Part shown: piece by piece, positions 59,471 to 64,000 of the stretch
How positions within the stretch are numbered: the stretch's first letter is position 1
Layout: every line of letters starts with the position of its first letter
Assembly: GCF_963676685.1 (NCBI RefSeq)
Contig: NC_092347.1
Coordinates: 12,028,001 to 12,092,000 of the forward strand
Reading direction: 5' to 3'
DNA length: 64,000 nt
Origin: Mytilus edulis
Lineage: Eukaryota
Notes under the pieces: model-generated
What the model was told of the DNA's origin: nothing
Database searches by the model: none
The model's input: the letters and a program-made list of their open reading frames with translations, nothing else
Translations under genes and position numbers: made by a program

Positions 59471-60944
59471 TAAGAAAAAAGTAATTGATAATTTGACCTC
59501 ACTGAATCCGTATTCATGTGACCTTCATTTTACCCCATTATCTAGAGATTAGTTACGCATGCACTATTCGTGTTCAGTCGTTAAAAGAAAGTCAACATTG
59601 AAAGTGAAACATACGTGATCCGTTTCGTCCACAGATTCGATCTACAAAAAAATAATTCTTATATAGGTTAATTAACCTAGACCAAGAAATCAAACAGACT
59701 TAGAAAAGTCCAATTGCACGAGGTCGCAATCTGTTATTATAATTTTTATGCTTATGCTTATATAGGATTATGTGATCATCGGAGCAGTCTTCAGATGTCA
59801 TCTCGCTGGTTAATTCTATGGCGTCTAGACCAAAAAAACCAAACAAAACACTGATATATATTTTCGAGTCCATTTATTGTAAATGTTCATTTCAGACTTA
59901 TTGTAATTTAGATATACGTTTTAGTATGTTGTTACAGTATATCAAATATGAGAATTTAAGTCAAATCAGTGAACATAAATTTGAAAGTCAAATCCCCTTT
60001 AAACCATTTATCCATTATCACGTGATTGGTAAACGGTAACAAAGGGACATAACCGTTAGAAAAAGGAAAACTAACAATGGTAAATTAAAGATAAATCGTT
60101 CCTTTTGTTGTAAATGTTTTAGTTTAGTTTCTCAGGTGAAAACTGAATATCTGAATCTAGGAAAAAGACAGTCATTGTTGTTACAATTTGATTTATTTGT
60201 AGTAAATATAAAAAAAGAAGATGTGTATGATTGCAAATGAGACAACTCTACACAAAAGACCGAATGCCACAAAAATTAACAACCATGGGTCACCTTACGG
60301 CCTCCAACAATGAGCAAATCCCATACCACATCGTCTGCTATAAAAAGGCCCCTAAATTACAAATATAAAAACAATTCAAACAATAAAACTAACGTCCTAA
60401 TTTATCGTCAATAGCATGAACGGAAAAACAAACATGTAACACAACAACGAACGACAACCCCTGGATTACAGGCTCCTGACTTGTGACAGGCACAAAAATA
60501 CAAAATGTGGCGGGGTTAAACATGTTAGTGGAAGCCAAACCTTCCCTAACCCTGGACAGTGGTGTGTAACAGTAACAGTACGACATAAAAACGAACTATT
60601 GAAATCAATAGAATTGAAAAAGGCTCAACTCATCAGAAAGTGAAAATAGAAATATATCTAATAAAAACACAGAGTGCACGTAGCCGGGTATATCCTTACA
60701 ATAAAAAACAATAGTACAGATCTGTGAGAACTCTCAGTTACTGACAGCTAGTTCAAAGCCAATGACAACTTATAACAAAAATCATGTATCTACGACTAAA
60801 TTATCCATCTTTACACATCAAACATATAATGGACTTAGTGTTAAGAAGCCATAAACAGTCAGAGAAAAACATTGTGCAATGCCAAGATACAGGTATAGAC
60901 AGGTAATAGATTTACATTTAAGTATTATCTTGACAACGATTATG

Positions 60945-62712
60945 AGGTCGTTAATACAAATCAGAATTAAGAAACTGAATGGGTCCATCAATGCCCATGC
61001 TACGTCAATCTTTAAAGACCCAAATGTTGCAAAACACTTATCCGATCTCCATGATAAATATGTTGTTGTCCCCGCAGACAAAGCCCCAAATAACATCGTT
61101 TTTGTCTGTAAAAGTCACTACATTAATTGCTTGATAAACGAATTAGGTATAGACAATTCACTTGGAAACTCAACATATACCCTCACGACACAAGTTTACC
61201 AAAGAGGAAATCCTGGATAATCATAGGTCTGTTCTTTGTTCCTTTGGTATTTCAACCAAAGATGAAGAACTGGATCTTCCATCACTGTATTGGATACCTA
61301 AACTACATAAGAGTCCTTACAAACAACGGTGTATTGCTGGGTCTTCCAAGTGCTCCACGAAACCTCTTTCTAAATTATTAACATCTATTTTATCAGCAAT
61401 CAAAGACGGGCTTCAAAGTTATTGTGAAACTGCCTATTCTAGAGGTGGCGTGAATCAGATATGGATACTTAAAAATTCTAAAGATCTTTTAGAGTACATA
61501 CAATCTAACTCTCTTTCATCTTGTGACAGTATTAAAACATTTGACTTTTCTACTCTTTACACAAGTATTCCACATTCCAAACTAAAAGACAAATTGAAAG
61601 AATTGGTATTACTTTGCTTCATAAAAAAGAATGGCCAACGTAGATACAAGTATCTTGTCTTAGGGAGGGATAAATCATACTTTGTAAAGAATCACTCTGA
61701 TTCAAACAAAAAATTCTCTGGAACCGATATTATCAAGATGCTTGATTTCTTGATTGACAACATATTTGTAACGTTCGGAGGACGTGTTTTTCAACAGACT
61801 GTCGGCATCCCAAGGGGAACAAACTGTGCCCCTCTACTTGCCGACTTGTTTCTTTATTATTATGAGGCTGACTTCATGCAGGAACTTTTTAGGAAGAAAG
61901 ATAAGAAGTTAGCAATATCCTTTAACTCTACTTTCCGCTATATAGATGACGTTCTTTCACTAAACAATTCAAAATTTGGTGACTATGTGGAACGCATCTA
62001 TCCCATCGAATTGGAGATAAAGGATACTACAGATACAGTTAAGTCGGCTTCATATCTTGACTTATATCTAGAAATTGACAATGAGGGTCGGTTGAAAACA
62101 AAACTTTACGACAAAAGAGATGATTTCAGCTTTCCAATTGTGAACTTTCCATTTCTAAGTAGCAACATTCCAGCAGCACCTGCATACGGGGTATATATCT
62201 CCCAATCGATACGATATTCCTGTGCTTGCATTTCCTATCATGATTTTCTTGATAGAGGGTTACTGCTCACAAGGAAGCTATTAAACCAAGAGTTCCAAAT
62301 GGTGAAGTTGAAATCATCCCTTCGTAAATTTTACGGACGCCATCACGAGTTGGTTGACCGTTATGGAATAACCGTTTCACAAATGATATCGGATATGTTC
62401 CTTACGTCGTAACTACAATCCAATTCCCTTTCATGAATGTGACCTACCGAATTAGACTATTTACCGGATTTGTCATCACATAAGCAAGACGACGGGTGCC
62501 ACATGTGAAACAGGACCTGCTTCCCTTCCGGAGCACCTGAGATCACCCCTTGTTTTTGGTGGGGTTCGTGTTGTTTATTCTTTAGTTTTCTATGTTGTGT
62601 CATGTATACTATTGTTTTTCTGTTTGTCTTTTTCATTTTTAGCCATGGCGTTGTCAGTTTGTTTTAGATTTATGAGTGTGACTGTCCCTTTGGTATCTTT
62701 CGTCCCTCTTTT
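60945..62712 (+). mobile_element. 5'-truncated Penelope-like retroelement; RT ORF with one frameshift near 61190 and a ~300-bp 3' tail
   Basis: PADKA, YWIPKLHK, FDFSTLYT, GIPRGTNCAP, RYIDD, YLDL motifs. No C-terminal endonuclease before the stop at 62412. Tail fragments also at ~4790, ~5650-6000 and ~43260-43520. Confidence 0.85.
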
Positions 62713-63402
62713 ATAAAGAATGAAATTGTGTTTTCCTAAATTGTATAATGTGAAAGTATAACGTGTATTACCGTCATTATCCAAGTAATACAAGCATGCA
62801 GCAATTGTGGTTTTTATCTTTGGGGATGGTAGAAATTAAAAAAAATAATACCTACATAATAAACAGAGTAGTTTCAAAACTAAATATATAGAACATTGTT
62901 GAAGAATCGGTTCCAATGTGTTGGAAATGTCGTTTTTAAAACTACATAATTGTATGCAGAGAAAACCTTTTTTTTTTGGTTTTAACAGTGCACAAAAATC
63001 ACTCGGTTAAAAATTAGAACAGCAGGTACACAACTTCATTCGTATTAGGAGACTTTAAACAGCGCAGTGGGACTCTGTCAAGACGTTCTAAGTTGTTCGT
63101 GCGATAAACAAAGTGTAAAGCAGATGAGAACGACACAAGTGGTGGATCCAGGATCCCCCCTATCAGAACGATTCATATTTTAGAATGGGGACATGGTTGG
63201 AACCCCTCTTTAAATTTTGCTGGGTCCTCCCGCCTTCTACATATTTGTCATAATAGATGAGTTTATATTTATCAATATAGAAAATATGATTATATAGAGA
63301 TATATATTCAGATTCTTTCACGGATAAATTGAAACTTTTAATGGGTATTATTCAAAATTAAAACAAAATTAATTTGAAATGTATGTTTAATGCACGTTCG
63401 GC

Positions 63403-64000
63403 TTATCCTTCTGTTGCTATAGCCCCTCCTGATGAAATTGTTTTGTTTCCAGTCTCACAATATCCAACACCAGGCCGTGTTTCAATAGCAATTTGAGACC
63501 CCTCGACATGATCTTTGCAAACTAAACCTACAAGAGAATAAAAAAGATTAAAACATATACACTATTACGTGTTTGTTTGAAGTCCTTTGTAACTAACCGA
63601 CCTCCATCTAGTAGATATTTTTTCACTTAACAATTTTAAAAGTTAATTTCTTTAAATTACATTACATAAGATGAGAGTCTCAAAATGCGAGTCATGCCTT
63701 TATAGTATGGCATTGACTCGGAATGACCTATTTCCACTGATTACATCTTCTAAGATATCTGGATAACGGTTTCTGTGCGGTTTTCATAAATACACAATAT
63801 CTTATTCATTATATATTATTAGCTGCGCTATCGGCTCATATGTAATTAAATGATACGTATCAGGTCACTTACATACCATGTAACTAATAATATATGCATG
63901 TTATTTATGAAACAATTGATAAAATTTGTATACCTGGTCCACAACCACAGGTTGTGTATTCTTTGTTACTAAGATGACATTGCGCATGAAGAGCTAAAAA
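63403..64000 (-). CDS. Partial second prokineticin/astakine-like gene (exons >64000-63934 and 63527-63403)
   Basis: QCHLSNKEYTTCGCGPG|LVC..GVGYC aligns with the 43731-44847 protein (PCHL..CGCSTG|YTC..GYGLC) and has the same phase-1 intron. Confidence 0.8.

Noticed and set aside
60600-60640. CTGATGAG on the minus strand as another hammerhead
   Set aside because: No stem II followed by GAAA, so the core is incomplete.

Overview
AT-rich animal genomic DNA. The repeat families suggest a bivalve mollusc (Mytilus-like), which is an inference. The main feature is a complete 17.9-kb Polinton/Maverick endogenous DNA virus at 22185-40123, with AGTAGT..ACTACT termini and a 6-bp target duplication (CATACG). 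Its left arm has uninterrupted ORFs for integrase, minor and major capsid, a basic core protein, an adenain-like protease, a packaging ATPase and a protein-primed PolB. Its right arm carries an unusual, largely spliced accessory module: a PC4-domain protein with SUMO-interacting-motif-like tail, a membrane or secreted PC4-fold protein on the opposite strand inside an intron, a BC-box/cullin-box-like protein, and a spliced LRR-like type-I membrane protein with two possible terminal exons. Telomeric TAACCC/GGGTTA repeats sit at mirrored positions about 0.4 kb inside both ends. Host genes were reconstructed by hand and are mostly or wholly missed by the ORF track: a head-to-head pair of 3-exon Spaetzle-like cystine-knot genes, two prokineticin/astakine-like genes and a 2-exon GPCR with a large ectodomain. 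The rest is TE-rich: hammerhead-ribozyme retrozyme repeats, a Penelope-like RT, TTAA and IS3EU-like non-autonomous elements and a Helentron-like element. All calls come from reading motifs by eye; no database searches were run.
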